From Octopus sinensis (Eukaryota): a DNA stretch of 64,000 nucleotides. Both the position numbers and the translations under genes were made by a program. Location: contig NC_043007.1 of the NCBI RefSeq assembly GCF_006345805.1, positions 25,172,001 to 25,236,000 on the forward strand, read 5' to 3'. This document shows, piece after piece, positions 41,633 through 54,029 of this stretch (position 1 is the first letter of the stretch; the number at the start of each line of letters is the position of its first letter). The notes beneath the pieces are model-generated. The model did not search any database. It saw nothing but the letters and a program-made list of their open reading frames with translations, and was not told the origin of the DNA.

Positions 41633-42042
41633 TAATCCAACCAAGAAAACAAAAAGACAACAACGCGAGGATGTGGAACAAATAAAGTATTATTGGGCGC
41701 TCAGGAAAAAAGGGAGCTTTCGTCGGAAACAAAGGAGAAAGAAAGATCCCGAGGTGGGAGGACAGAGGGAAAAAAAATGCAAGTGGTCTTCACGAGGTCA
41801 CATACTGAATTCAACTATAAGTGGCCTATACACCGCATCACCCAGTCTGAGATTCAAACCCAAGATCCCTCGACCATAAATCCACTGCTCCAACCACTAG
41901 GTGATGTGCCTCCACACTATAAAAAGTATATATAATATAAATTCTTCCTTTCAGCAATAAAAGAATTGTATATAAAAATTAATTTGAAAATTGTAAAAGG
42001 TATTGTAGTAGCACCTACAAAAACTGGTAACATACTGTAAAG

Positions 42043-42076
<34 letters not shown>

Positions 42077-42835
42077 TTTCTATATCTATATCTGTTGTAT
42101 TCTGTTATGTCCTAACAAACAAGCAGAAACAAAGATGATAGAGATTAAAAAAAGAGAGAAAACTGGGAAGTTTATCAAATGTTGAACTGTTCGTAGTAGC
42201 AGTCATTAAAAGTCATCGTTCTTAATTGCTCATTAATCCATTAATCTTACTTTGCCAGCTTCGTTATATAATCTACAGTAATCCTATCCCTTCACCCCTC
42301 TTACCTCTCTCTCTCTCTCTCTGCTCCACACACACACACACACGATTCACTCAATTTTTCTATCCTTCTCCATACGTCAGAGCGTACCTTGGTGAATATG
42401 TGTGCACTTATGTGTGTATATGTGTCTGTGTGTGATTGCTTGGGTCTATATGTGCGTGTGTGTGTGTGTGTATGAGTGCGTGTGTGAGTATGAGTGCTTG
42501 GGCCTTTGTCTATATGTTGACGTATAAACACAATTGCTCATTCATATGTATGCCATCACTATGTACGTATGTGTGTGTATTTATATAAGTGTGTGCGCGT
42601 GTGTGTGTGTACACAGGTTTATATGTATGTGCATGTGTGTTGCCATCACAAATCTTGTATACTGACTTGGTCAACTCCCAGATTAGTCCTCTCCTCCCCA
42701 TCAGCATCACTGCCGCCACCACCACCACCACAACAGTAATGAAATAATTCATTATAATTAGGAAGTTATGTGATAGGTTGTGACAAATTAGTTTCAACCT
42801 GAAATATTTTGATATTCTGAACAATGAGGCACCTG

Positions 42836-42925
42836 CTTTTATAGGTGGCTCTGATTGGTGTGCTGATAGTTTGAGCTCAAGGTCAGGAAGTGGAGTGTGT
42901 TAATTAACCTGGGAACTAATCAGCT
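42836..42925 (-). promoter_or_regulatory. Candidate TATA/CCAAT core promoter facing the PLC-beta exon
   Basis: Minus strand ACCAATCAG...TATAAAAG (42843-42836), with TTAATTAA and CTAATCAG just upstream, in non-repeat DNA. Motif evidence only. Confidence 0.3.
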
Positions 42926-43449
42926 TTTGTACATCAACAACAACAACAGCAACAACAATAGCAAGTGGTCGAGAATCTACCAAATACTAGGCTTTTGGAA
43001 TGGAAAGTAACAGTATGTGGGACATGAAAGTAAAAAAAAATCATTACCAGTAATAAATGGGGCACTAGGTTTGATTTTTTTTTTTTTAATTATGGAAAAT
43101 AATGCAAGGTATAAAAAACTTATAAAGGGTTCACATACCAATGTGCAATCAAATAGATAAGCTTTGCTATAATAAAAAAGAGGTAAAGTTACCATCTGGT
43201 GTCATACTGAATCATAAGGGCCAGTTTCCCGGTTTCAGTGGTGTATATATTTCCCACCTGGATGGGACACCGGTTTGTTACAGGATTACTCATTTTTGCC
43301 AGCTGAGTGGACTGGAGCAATGTGAAATGAAGTGTTTTGCTCAAGAACACAACACATCACCCAGTCCAGGAATTGAAACCACAATTTTATAATCATGAGT
43401 CTAACACCCTAACCACTAAACCATGTCTTTCTTTGTTTTTTTATGCCTT

Positions 43450-43800
43450 TAACCCTCCAACGCGGTGTATAGGCCACTTATAGTTGAATTCTATGTCACA
43501 TAATTTTTGGCTTCTGTATTTATACTCTGCCATGAATGTCCCCCTTTCTCTAGTTCCTTTTGTGTTGATCTCCGCCACGCGTTCTTAGGCCTACTTCTCC
43601 TTCAATATCCATCTAGTTTCCACTGTAAAGCACTTTTCGCTACATTTGGTGTGACTTTCCTAATTGTGCTACCAATCCACTTCCACTTTTTTCTTAAATA
43701 TTTGCTCCCTAATCAAAACTTCATTTGTTCTTTGCCATAGCTCCATATTGCTTATTTGTTCGGGCCATCTAATTCTAAGTATACTACACAAGCATCTGTT
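43450..43800 (-). mobile_element. RTE-clade LINE ORF2 C-terminal fragment
   Basis: Encodes ILRIRWPEQISNMELWQRT...WKWIG...RSRPKNAWRR. Confidence 0.8.
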
Positions 43801-44808
43801 GATGAATGATTGTATTTGCTAATTTGACTTAACTAAACCATGTGCCTCCACAAAATGATAAAGTTACCTTCTTGATTCATAAGGGCCAGTTTCTCAGTTT
43901 CCATGGCATGTATAATCCTCACCTGGACAAGACACTGGTCTATTGCATGATTACTCATTTTTGCCAGCTGAGTGGACTGGAGCAATGTGAAATGAAGTGT
44001 TTTGCTCAAGAACACAATGCGTCACCCAGTCCAGGAATCGAAACCACAATCTTACCGTCATGAGTCTAACATTCTAACCACTAAGCCATATGCCTCCACA
44101 TAAGGCTTTGCTATGTACAAGCTGTATCTTATGCAGGATGCTTCCAGATAAATAGCACGTGGTAAGAAGCTTGCTTCATAACTTCACAGCTTTGGGTTCA
44201 GTCCCACTGCATGGCACCTTAGGAAAGTGTCTTCAGTTATGGCCCCAGGCCAACCACAGCCTTGTTAATGGATTTGGTTGATAGAAACTAAAAGATGCCT
44301 GTCATGTGTGTGTGTGTGTGTGTCACTTCTACTTGACAACAGGTACTGGTTTATGTCCCCTATAACTTAACAGTTCAGCAAAAGAGACCGAATTAGTACC
44401 AGGCTTTAAAAATAAACAGCAGAAAATTTGTTCAACAAAACTCTTCAAGGCAGGGCCCCAGCATGACCAGCAAGAAACTTGCAGGGAATGGAACCAAAAC
44501 ATACCAAGATGAGACAGGTTCAAGACAAGATTGTTAGTAAATGGATGGTGGACAAAACAATAAAGAGAATAAGGGCTTAGGGCATGGGAAAACAATTAAA
44601 ATGATAATTTATAATATAAATTGGACATGGGCGAGCGTTGTATTCTTTTTTGTCTTGAGGTTCACAGCCAAACGGCTGGGTGGATTCACGTGAAAAAGGG
44701 CACACATGTGGAGACGGGTGCATAGATTGGAATGCAGTTTGTATTTTTTTCCTAACCCCCATACTTACCGAGAAAATCGATTAAAACTTTTTTAAAAGAA
44801 ATTTTCAT

Positions 44809-45220
44809 AGGCGCAGGAGTGGCTGTGTGGTAAGTAGCTTGTTTACCAACCACATGGTTCTGGGTTCAGTCCCACTGCGTGTCACCTTGCGCAAGTGTCT
44901 TCTACTATAGCCTCAGGTCGACCAAAGCCTTGTGAGTGGATTTGGTAGATGGAAACTGAAAAGAAGCCCGTCGTATATATGTATATATATATATATGCGT
45001 GTGTGTGTTTGTGTGTCAGTGTTTGTCCCCCTAGCATTGCTTGACAACCAATGCTGGCGTGTTTACGTCACCGTCACTTAGCGGTACGGCAAAAAAGACC
45101 GATAGAATAAGCACTGGGCTTACAAAGAATAAGTCCCGGGGTCAATTTGATCTACTAAAGGCGGTGCTCCAGCATGGCTGCAGTCAAATGACTGAAACAA
45201 GTAAAAGAGTAAAAGAGAGT
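44809..45220 (+). mobile_element. SINE family A, full length
   Basis: Homologous to the other family-A copies. Confidence 0.88.
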
Positions 45221-45629
45221 ATACAGCTGGAGCTGGAGGCTCCAATCGAAACAGGGGACTCGAAATGATAAGGTTAAGAAATGCTGTTATAGATTATGCC
45301 TGACTGAAAACGATCACACCCACATCATCCAAACAGACTGGGTGAAACTGGGCTTAGCTGCTAGTAATATATATGCAGCAAAAAAGCCTTAGGGCTGCAA
45401 GATAAGACAAAAATGGGTAACGTGAAGGAGAAATGAAAGCTGTTCTAAAGGGCTATAAATACAGGAGGGGTAGGGCAAGGGTCTCAGAAAATCGGGAGGC
45501 ATTGGTATCCAGAAGACCCAAGATGGCAGGTAAAGCTATGTAAGTGCTTCTGGAGGACCCTAGTTAGATTCTTGGTTTGATAATAATACAAGTGAGGAGT
45601 CTAATGCAGGTCTTGTGTGAGCATGTATA

Positions 45630-46226
45630 TCTTTATATATAAAAGAGAGGTTGTGTGTCTGTCTTCTATGATTTAGATTCCTAACTACTCCCACATTTTG
45701 CGGTGCAGTTTAACCAAAACCGAGTATCTTATAGTCGTGAGTCATATCAAGCCCTTCTGGGTACTAGCGTGCGTCTACGATGAGTCTATGATTTTAAAAA
45801 AAAATTTACCATCATTTTTTTCCATTTTAATGCATTTTTTTCGCTATTATATAAGGGAAGTAACTCTAAAAATGTCTACGATGAGTCAACGATTTAAAAA
45901 AAAATTTACCATCATTTTTTTCCATTTTAATGCATTTTTTTCGCTATTATATAAGGGAAGTAACTCTAAAAATGTCTACGATGAGTCAACGATTTAAAAA
46001 AAAATTTACCATCATTTTTTTCCATTTTAATGCATTTTTTTCGCTATTATATAAGGGAAGTAACTCTAAAAATGTCTACGATGAGTCAACGATTTAAAAA
46101 AAAATTTACCATCATTTTTTTCCCATTTTTAATGCATTTTTTGCTACTTTTTGGCTATAACTCTCTAAAAATGCTTATATAGTTATTTCCCTTACAAACC
46201 TGAGCAACGCCGGGCGATACTGCTAG
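45630..46226 (+). mobile_element. Non-autonomous Helitron with an internal 100-bp tandem array
   Basis: A|TC...CTAG|T termini. Units start at 45775, 45876, 45976 and 46076 (3 full + 1 partial). Confidence 0.82.
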
Positions 46227-47024
46227 TGTTAAATAAAATGAGATAATGAAGCCAAGGCTGTGTGGAATTTATGTTAAATAAAATGAGACAAAGCCATTAT
46301 AGGACATTCTTTCTATAAATGTCCTATAAATTCCACACAGCATTGGTTTTGTTGTCTCATTTTATTTAACATATACATGTGTGTGTCATCATCATCATCA
46401 TCGTTTAACGTCTGCTTCCCATGCTAGCATGGGTTGGACATATGACTGAGGGCTGGCGAACCAGATGGCTGCACCGGACTCCAATCTTGATCTGGCAGAG
46501 TTTCTACAGCTGGATGCCCTTCCTAACGCCAACCACTCCGAGAGTGTAGTGGGTGCTTTTTACGTGCCACCAGCATGGGGCCAGTCAGGCGGCACTGGCA
46601 ACGACCTCGCTCGAATCTTTTACACATGCCACCGGCACAGGTGCCAGTAAGGCGATGCTTGTGTGTGTATATTTGTGTGTTTTAATGTGTGTTGTGTATG
46701 CATGAGTATGTAGGTCATGGATGTGTGTAGAGTTGTGTGTGAATAAAGAATGTAGTTTATTTCTTGTTACAGAAGTTTTTAATTCTCTATCAATCATCAC
46801 GTGACCCTTAGTGACTTACTACTACCACAGCTTCCACTACCACCTCCATCAACCAACATCCCCACCTATAACCCACCACCACCACTTTAACAATAGACAC
46901 AGTTCTTAATATATCATGCATGTGTGTGTATGCATCTATTTATGTCTGTATAGCATTCCTTATTTCTCCGAAACACTCCTCTCTCTTTCTCTCTTTCTAT
47001 CTCTCTCTTCTTTTGCCTGCTACT

Positions 47025-47220
47025 TCATTCATCATCATTGTTCGACCGTGGTCGAGACAATGGAACTTACTATGTTACGCTAGACTTCATGGTCCATCAT
47101 AGCATTACGGAGGTCCTGTTGCTGGATGCCTGTATCCCTGGAGATTACATCAAGGTAGGAGAGTGTGCGCCCTCTGGTATTGCGAGTAGATGGCTTCCAG
47201 AGGAGAAGAGTAGAAATTAC
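47025..47220 (-). mobile_element. RTE-clade LINE 3' end
   Basis: Encodes LLLWKPSTRNTRGRTLSYLDVISRDTG...AMMD; (TGA)n tail. Confidence 0.75.
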
Positions 47221-47428
47221 TTCTTTTTCAGTGTACTTCAGTGCTACTTCACTCAGTGTAACTTGCACTTTGCACTTGGTGCATTGCTATCTGTTAAATA
47301 ACAAACACTGAACCTTTTTATAGTTTTTGATTTTGTAAAAATATGGATGACATGAAGTGACAAAAAAGACAAGAAGAAGGTACAAGGTGCAGGGAAGGCA
47401 AGAGCAGAGAGATGAAACATTAGCTTAA

Positions 47429-48067
47429 CCCTATCATTACCAACCCGGCTGAAACCGGCTCTGGCTCTGAGTACAAATGTCTTGTTTTCATAAGTTTTGA
47501 ATTAAAATCTTCCACCAAACCTTAGTCACAATTTATGTTCCTAACACTAGCTTAATGCTATACTCTTACTCTTTTACTCTTTTACTTGTTTCAGTCATTT
47601 GACTGCGGCCATGCTGGAGCACCGCCTTTAGTCGAGCTAATCGACCCCGGACTTATTCTTTGTAAGCCCAGTACTTATTCTATCGGTCTCTTTTGCCGAA
47701 CCGCTAAGTGACGGGGACGTAAACACACCAGCATCGGTTGTCAAGCAGTGCTAGGGGGACAAACACACATACATACACACATATATATATATACATATAT
47801 ACGACAAGCTTCTTTCAGTTTCCGTTACCAAATCCACTCACAAGGCATTGGTCGGCCCGGGGCTATAGCAGAAGACACTTGCCCAAGATGCCACGCAGTG
47901 GGACTGAACCCGGAACCATGTGGTTGGTTAGCAAGCTATTTACCACACAGCCACTCCTGCGCCTGAAGCCACTCTTGCGCCTGAGTTATTTTACTAAATT
48001 CTTTGATATATTTAAAGAAATTGAAAGAAACACAGAGCATCTCAAAATAAATACAGTAACAAAAGGG
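47429..48067 (+). mobile_element. piggyBac-type MITE interrupted by a family-A SINE
   Basis: TTAA TSDs at 47425-28 and 48068-71; same family as 14586. Confidence 0.8.
47562..47964 (-). mobile_element. SINE family A inside a piggyBac MITE
   Basis: Homologous to the other family-A copies. Confidence 0.88.
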
Positions 48068-49009
48068 TTAAGCATAGGAACAACAGTGGAGAAGAGAAAT
48101 GAGGCTGAAAGAGAATGCAATAAGTTTTAACAACAAATGAGAGAAAGAGAGAGAGAGAGTGAGAGACAGACAGACGAAGTTTCAGAAAACGGTAATTATT
48201 GTGTTTTAATTATCAACCATGGAATTCTTATGGGTTCAACTAGTTGGCACAGGAATGGCTGTGTGGTAAGAAGCTTGCTTCCCAACCACATGGTTCCGGG
48301 TTCAGTCCCACTGTGTGTGACACCTTGGGCAATGTCTTAAACCAAAGCCTTGTGAGTGGATTTGGTTGACAGAAACTGAAAGAAGCCCTTCATGTGTGTG
48401 TGTGTGTCTGTGTCTGTTTGTCTCCTACCTCCTCTTGACAACCAGTGTTGGTGTGTTTCTGTCTCCGTAACTTAGCGGTTCAGCATAAGAGACCAATAGA
48501 ATAAGTACCAGACTTAAAAAAAGAAACATACATAGAGGGGTTGATTCACTTAACTAAATATTCTTCAAGGCACTGCCCCAGCATGGCCATAATCAAAAAA
48601 CAAAATAGACAGTTTATATAACTTCTGTACAAAAGATCACTTTATCCTTTTTTTGTTATATGATTTTTTTTCTTTTCTACTTAATTATCAAATATTATCT
48701 TTTTGTTTGTCCTTAATAACTAGTGTGTACCTTGATAAAACCAAGATATGATAAAAACTTTCCCCTTTCCTCTGCCACTACACCACCCCCTCTTCAACTA
48801 CTGGGTCATATATATATAAAAAGTTGATTACTTAAATAAACAATTGCTCTGGAATAATTGGTGTTTCTAGATCTTATTCAATACAGAAATCTTTAAAAAT
48901 TTACTGTAAGTAATTTAATGTTGTCTTTTTTGAAAAACTCTCTCTTCAAACTAGCATTTGTATTATTGTTTATGTGACAAATAAAGGCTGAGGAAGCCTA
49001 TGATCCTAA

Positions 49010-49810
49010 CACTATCTGCAACCTTGTGGCCCTAGGTGATAGCTTTCTTTATTTTTTCCATCTTGTTCTACTCTGCTGTATAGAGAATCGGGTCTTATCC
49101 ATATATACTCGTTTATCACAGAAGCTACTTGTAGGTAACCAACATAACTTCCCAAATGAAAATTACTTCTAGCTCGACAACATGCAACTTTTGTGGCCCT
49201 TAATGATAGCTTTTTTAAATTTTTCCATCTTGTTCTACTCTGCTGTATAGAGAACTAGCAGTATCGCCGGCATTGCTCAGGTTTGTTTTGACCCTTTAGA
49301 ATTGGAATTTTTGGAAAGTAAAAATTTTGCATTGTTATTCTCTTTAAGTGAACATTTTTCTGGTTGAAATATACCAAAAAATGGCAACACAGCAGTCAAA
49401 AAATCGTAAAAAATAGGGATTTTCATAGAAAAAAAAGCACCTTTTTGATGTAAATAATTTTTGGTGTTAACATGGTCCGATTTGAATTTTTTCTTCTACG
49501 GAAGGAAGAGCAAGCCTTCTTCTATCATACTCTCAATTTTGGTCAACTTGCGCCGCAGGGTCTCAGAGGAAATAGTGTTAGTTGAAGGCTACCAAACCTG
49601 CCATACACAGACAACTTCAGCTTTATATATAGAGAGATTGGGTCTTGTTCATATATACTAGTTTTATCACAGAAAATTACTTCTAGCTCGACAACATGCA
49701 ACTTTTATGGCCCTTAATGATAGCTTTTTTTTTTTTCCATCTTGTTCTACTCTGATGTATAGAGACAATTCTTAACAACATGCAACTTTTGTGGCCCTTA
49801 AGGGTAGCTT
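49010..49810. repeat. Local tandem repeat (~4 partial copies) split by a Helitron
   Basis: GCAAC(T)TT(T)GTGGCCCT..GATAGCTTT near 49019, 49182, 49697 and 49781. Confidence 0.8.
49255..49637 (-). mobile_element. Non-autonomous Helitron inserted in a local tandem repeat
   Basis: CTAG at 49255-49258 and TCTCTCT 5' end at 49637. Removing it restores GAGAA|T, as in the neighbouring repeat unit. Confidence 0.82.
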
Positions 49811-50213
49811 TCTGGTTTGCATTAAAAATACATTTATGATGATGACGCCAAATTGTACAGTCGTGGGAAAACTGCAATGTGTGTGATTTCCTGATTGACA
49901 TGCTAAATTTCATGAGGGAAATAACATATGTGTAATTGTTCAAGTAGTGCAACTAACTTGATCATGAACCATGCCTCATGTGACCTGCTTCTCAAATTTG
50001 TTGCAGGCGTAGCTGGTATGATAAGAAGCTTGCTTCCAAACCACGTGGTTCTGAGATCAATCTCATTGCGTGGCTGGTCAACCAAAGCCTTGTGAGTGGA
50101 TTTAGTTAATGGAAACTGAAAAGAGCCTGTCATATATGTGTGTGTGTGTGTCTGTGTGTGTGTGTCTTTCTATCTGTGTTTGTCCCCCACCATTGCTTGA
50201 CAAATTATGTTAA

Positions 50214-50434
50214 CCCTTTTGTTACTGTATTTCTGTTGAGATGTTCATGTTTCTTTCAATTAATTTAAAATATAACAAAGAATTTAGTAAAATAACTTGG
50301 TTATTATTAAGCTAGTGTTAGGAACATAAATTGTGGCTAAGGTTGGTGGAAGATTTTTATTCAGAACTTATGAAAACAAGACATTTATACTACTGAGCAA
50401 GAGCCGGTTTCAGCTGGGTTGGTATCAAATGATG
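50214..50434 (-). mobile_element. piggyBac-type MITE inserted in a family-A SINE
   Basis: TTAA at 50210-13 and 50435-38. SINE halves at ~50005-50209 and ~50440-50620. Confidence 0.72.
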
Positions 50435-51055
50435 TTAATATGTTTATGTAACTTAGCAGTTTGGCAAAAGAAACCAATAAAATAAATACTAGGCTCCAAA
50501 AATAAAAAAAAAAAAGAAGCTCTGGGATTTGATCATCTGACAAAGAATTATTCAAGGTAGTGCTCCAGCATGGCTGCAGTCTACTGACTGAAACAAGTGA
50601 AAGATAGAAGATAAAAAATACCTGGCATAGTATTTTTTTTTAAGTTCTTAAATTATTTTAATGACTTACTAAAAGTTACAAAAAATTTTTAATGAGTTGT
50701 TTAAATAATTAAGAACTTTAAAATAAATACTACCCTACTTCTGACCTCCATCTTTGTCAGTGTACATCTCTCTCTCCCCCACACTTCACATTATCTCCCT
50801 ATTTCTCATTATCTACAGTTTTATGATACTGTTGCTCTCTACCCACCAACCCATCCCTTTTCATGTAGTGCCCCCAATCACTTCCTTCTTAAGCCACAGC
50901 TATTTTTTTTACATTCCCACAAACTGAAGGCACACAGCTTTGTGGTTAAAGTGTTCAGCTCAGGATCATAAGACTGTGGGTTCAATTCTTGGTAGTATGT
51001 TGTCTCCTTGAGCAAGACACTTTATTTCATGCTACTACAGACAACCGGTGATTTT

Positions 51056-51100
51056 CACACGCTGATGATGAGTCAATACCCAGAAACTCGGGTCCGCATG
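51056..51100 (+). ncRNA. Decayed type I hammerhead motif, second family
   Basis: CACACG-CTGATGA-TGAGT-CAAT-ACCCA-GAAA-C-TCGG-GTC/CGCATG. Core intact; 4 transition-type mismatches in the stems. Confidence 0.5.
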
Positions 51101-51556
51101 TATCACGTCAGGCTGGAGATGGGAAGGATGGCTTCCCTTTGCAAATACTGATAGAGCACAGAAAGTGTGTCAATAGCCAGTGGAGGAGGTGTCTTCCTGG
51201 GGCTACAAGCTACAGTATCATCCACCCTTAAGGGTTAGCCACATTTAAGTGGCATATATACTTCACGATGTCATGCAGCTAGATTGGGATTAGTCGTTGC
51301 CTACTAGGGGCTCTTACATACCCGGGCTATGCTGCTAGTGTCCTATAAATTCCACACAGCATTGGTTTTGTTGTCTCATTTTATTAACATATACATGTGT
51401 GTGTCATCATCATCATCATCGTTTAACGTCTGCTTTCCATGCTAGCATGGGTTGGATGTATGACTGAGGGCTGGTGAACCAGATGGCTGCACCAGGCTTC
51501 AATCTTGATCAGAGATTTATTTATACCTCGCTCAGAGATCTATTATTGCTATATAT

Positions 51557-51614
<58 letters not shown>

Positions 51615-52250
51615 CATCATTGTTGTCTAATGTCCGCTTTCCATGCTAGCATGGGTTGGATGATTTGACTGAGGACTGGCGAACCAGATAGCTGCACCAG
51701 GCTCCAATCTTGGTTTGGCAGAGTTTCTACAGCTGGATGCCCTTCCTAACGCCAACCACTCCAAGAATGTAATGGGTGCTTTTATGTGCCACCAGCACGA
51801 GGGACAGTCAGGCGGTACTGGCAGTGGTCACGGAAAATTGTGTTTTTTTTTTTTACGTGTCACCTGCTCACTGGCACAAGTGCCAGTAAGGTGACACTAT
51901 ATATATATATATGGCAAATAAAAGACAGAAGATGGAATATACGAGAATTTCTATTATTAATCATGACAGTTGTTTCAATACATCCAGCATCGATCCCTCA
52001 TGGGTGGGACAATCAACAACTGGTTCAGGAGCATCTGGCGGTGCAGATGTATCTCGTCCGGTGATAAATAGATACAACTCGTTAAAATAATAGTTCTGCA
52101 ATGTAACTCCTCATTTTGTACAAAGAAAAGCGGCCAGATGGAGGAATTATCTTCATTTATATAGAAGATCAAAAATAAAATCACAGATGGTAAAAAAAGA
52201 GAAACAAGTACATAATCCAGCGAGAAAATTATCAAAAATATATATATTAT

Positions 52251-52420
52251 AGGCGCAGGAGTGGCTGTGTGGTAAGTAGCTTGCTAACCAACCACATGGT
52301 TCTGGGTTCAGTCCCACTGTGTGGCATCTTGGGCAACTGTCTTCTGCTATAGCCTCGGGCCGACCAAAGCCTTGTGAGTGGATTTGGTAGACGGAAACTG
52401 AAAGAAGCCCGTCATATATA
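52251..52420 (+). mobile_element. SINE family A, 5' half (split by the LINE)
   Basis: Runs from the head to the central (TA)n; the 3' half resumes at 57065. Confidence 0.85.
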
Positions 52421-52759
52421 CTGGTTCAGGAGCAGTTAACTGGATTAACTGTTGAAGTGGACGGACGTCTATTCGTTTCTCTCCCAAGTCAGTAGCAAGC
52501 TACACAGCTTCAAAACTAACTGACCTTAAATATATATATATATGTAACCACGTGTTTGCCTACAAACCCGTAGTACGTTTTCATTTAACTACAAATTGTT
52601 ATATACACCTGTTTTTCTTTTAATATCCTCAAACAACCAAATAATCAAAACTCACACCCTTAAGAGAGAACATTTATATATATATACACTTCTTTAACTC
52701 CCAAGAAAGAATATATATATTTTCAAAAATCAAAAGGAAAACAAACAAAGAAAAACAAG

Positions 52760-53480
52760 CATGACTAACTTGCGGCCTGCAACAGACGAAATTGGTCTGA
52801 TAACGAAATTGATGTTTTAATAAACACATGGCTCTCTCTTTCCAAACAGAAAATCTAAATGTCTTGTGTTTGAATGAGATTGCCGAAAAAAAACATCACA
52901 CGATCCGTCAAACAGATTCGTAGCAAGTTGAAACATATCGAAGTATCTTTCAAACTGATAAGAGGCCATTATGAAAAGCTTCTACATATTTTCACAGTTC
53001 AAGAACAACAACAGCTAGAAAATCAGCAGCCACAACAACAACAACAACAGAATGAGCTACTCCTGGTTCCCAGCACAATGGCTGACCCTGACATCGGTCA
53101 GGCACAACAACAACAACAACAGACACCGCAACAAGAACAACAACAGCCACTCCTCAACTCTAGCTTACTAGACGATTCACTAAATGCCAGTATCTTTTCA
53201 CCGCTCTCACAGCAACCACCACAATTATCATCATCATCATCACCACCGCTGCCACCATCGTCTTCTATCACCAAAAATACCAACAGAAAACCAAATAAGA
53301 AACCACTGCCCTCTTCCCCCACATCACACCTCAATACTACTGCAGTAACAAAAACTTAAAGAACATAGGAAGCAGAATGCGCCCCCCACGGCACAAACAA
53401 GAAATCCCCAAATATGCCGCTATTCACTGCGCCAGAGACTCTGCACAAATAGTGACTGCATCTTCACGCATCTACCGGCA
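52760..53480 (+). pseudogene. LINE ORF1 remnant, Gln/Ser/Pro-rich, with a CCCH-type motif
   Basis: ORF 52874-53359 has polyQ/polyS runs. 53415-53471 encodes CRYSLRQRLCTNSDCIFTH (C-x8-C-x4-C-x3-H). Confidence 0.6.
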
Positions 53481-54029
53481 CTAGACGCACTACCGGCCAA
53501 GGCCAAAGCACGCATCCCACAATAACATCAACACCACCAAATAGTAAATCGAAATTCAAAACACACACAACTCGGAGTCCCAAAATCTGCCAGTATTCCA
53601 ACGTGAGAGAACATGTCTACTGAGTGACTGTCCCTTCACTCATCTTCCAGGGACCCGACGCACAAACAGAAACGGGGCCTCAAGCCACACACAACCTGAA
53701 TAACAATAAAAATAGAAACACACCATGCTGCAGTAATGCTGGTCCAGTATTTTCAGGAAGACACAAAACAACAACAACAAAAGTGGAAACTACAACCCTA
53801 TCCAACAGTGCAACCACACCTCCAGCCAAAAACTGCTCCCTAAGCAGGAAAATTCTTTTTTAGCCATGTTGAACATGGCAAAAGAGATACACAAAAACAT
53901 TCTAGCCATCACTCAACACCATCCTATGCTATTACCCCAGTGCACCAATTCCCCACATTGCTGCCACCACAACACACACAAAAAATCCAAGCCCCCTGCA
54001 ACAGTCAAAACCAGCCACTACACTAACCT

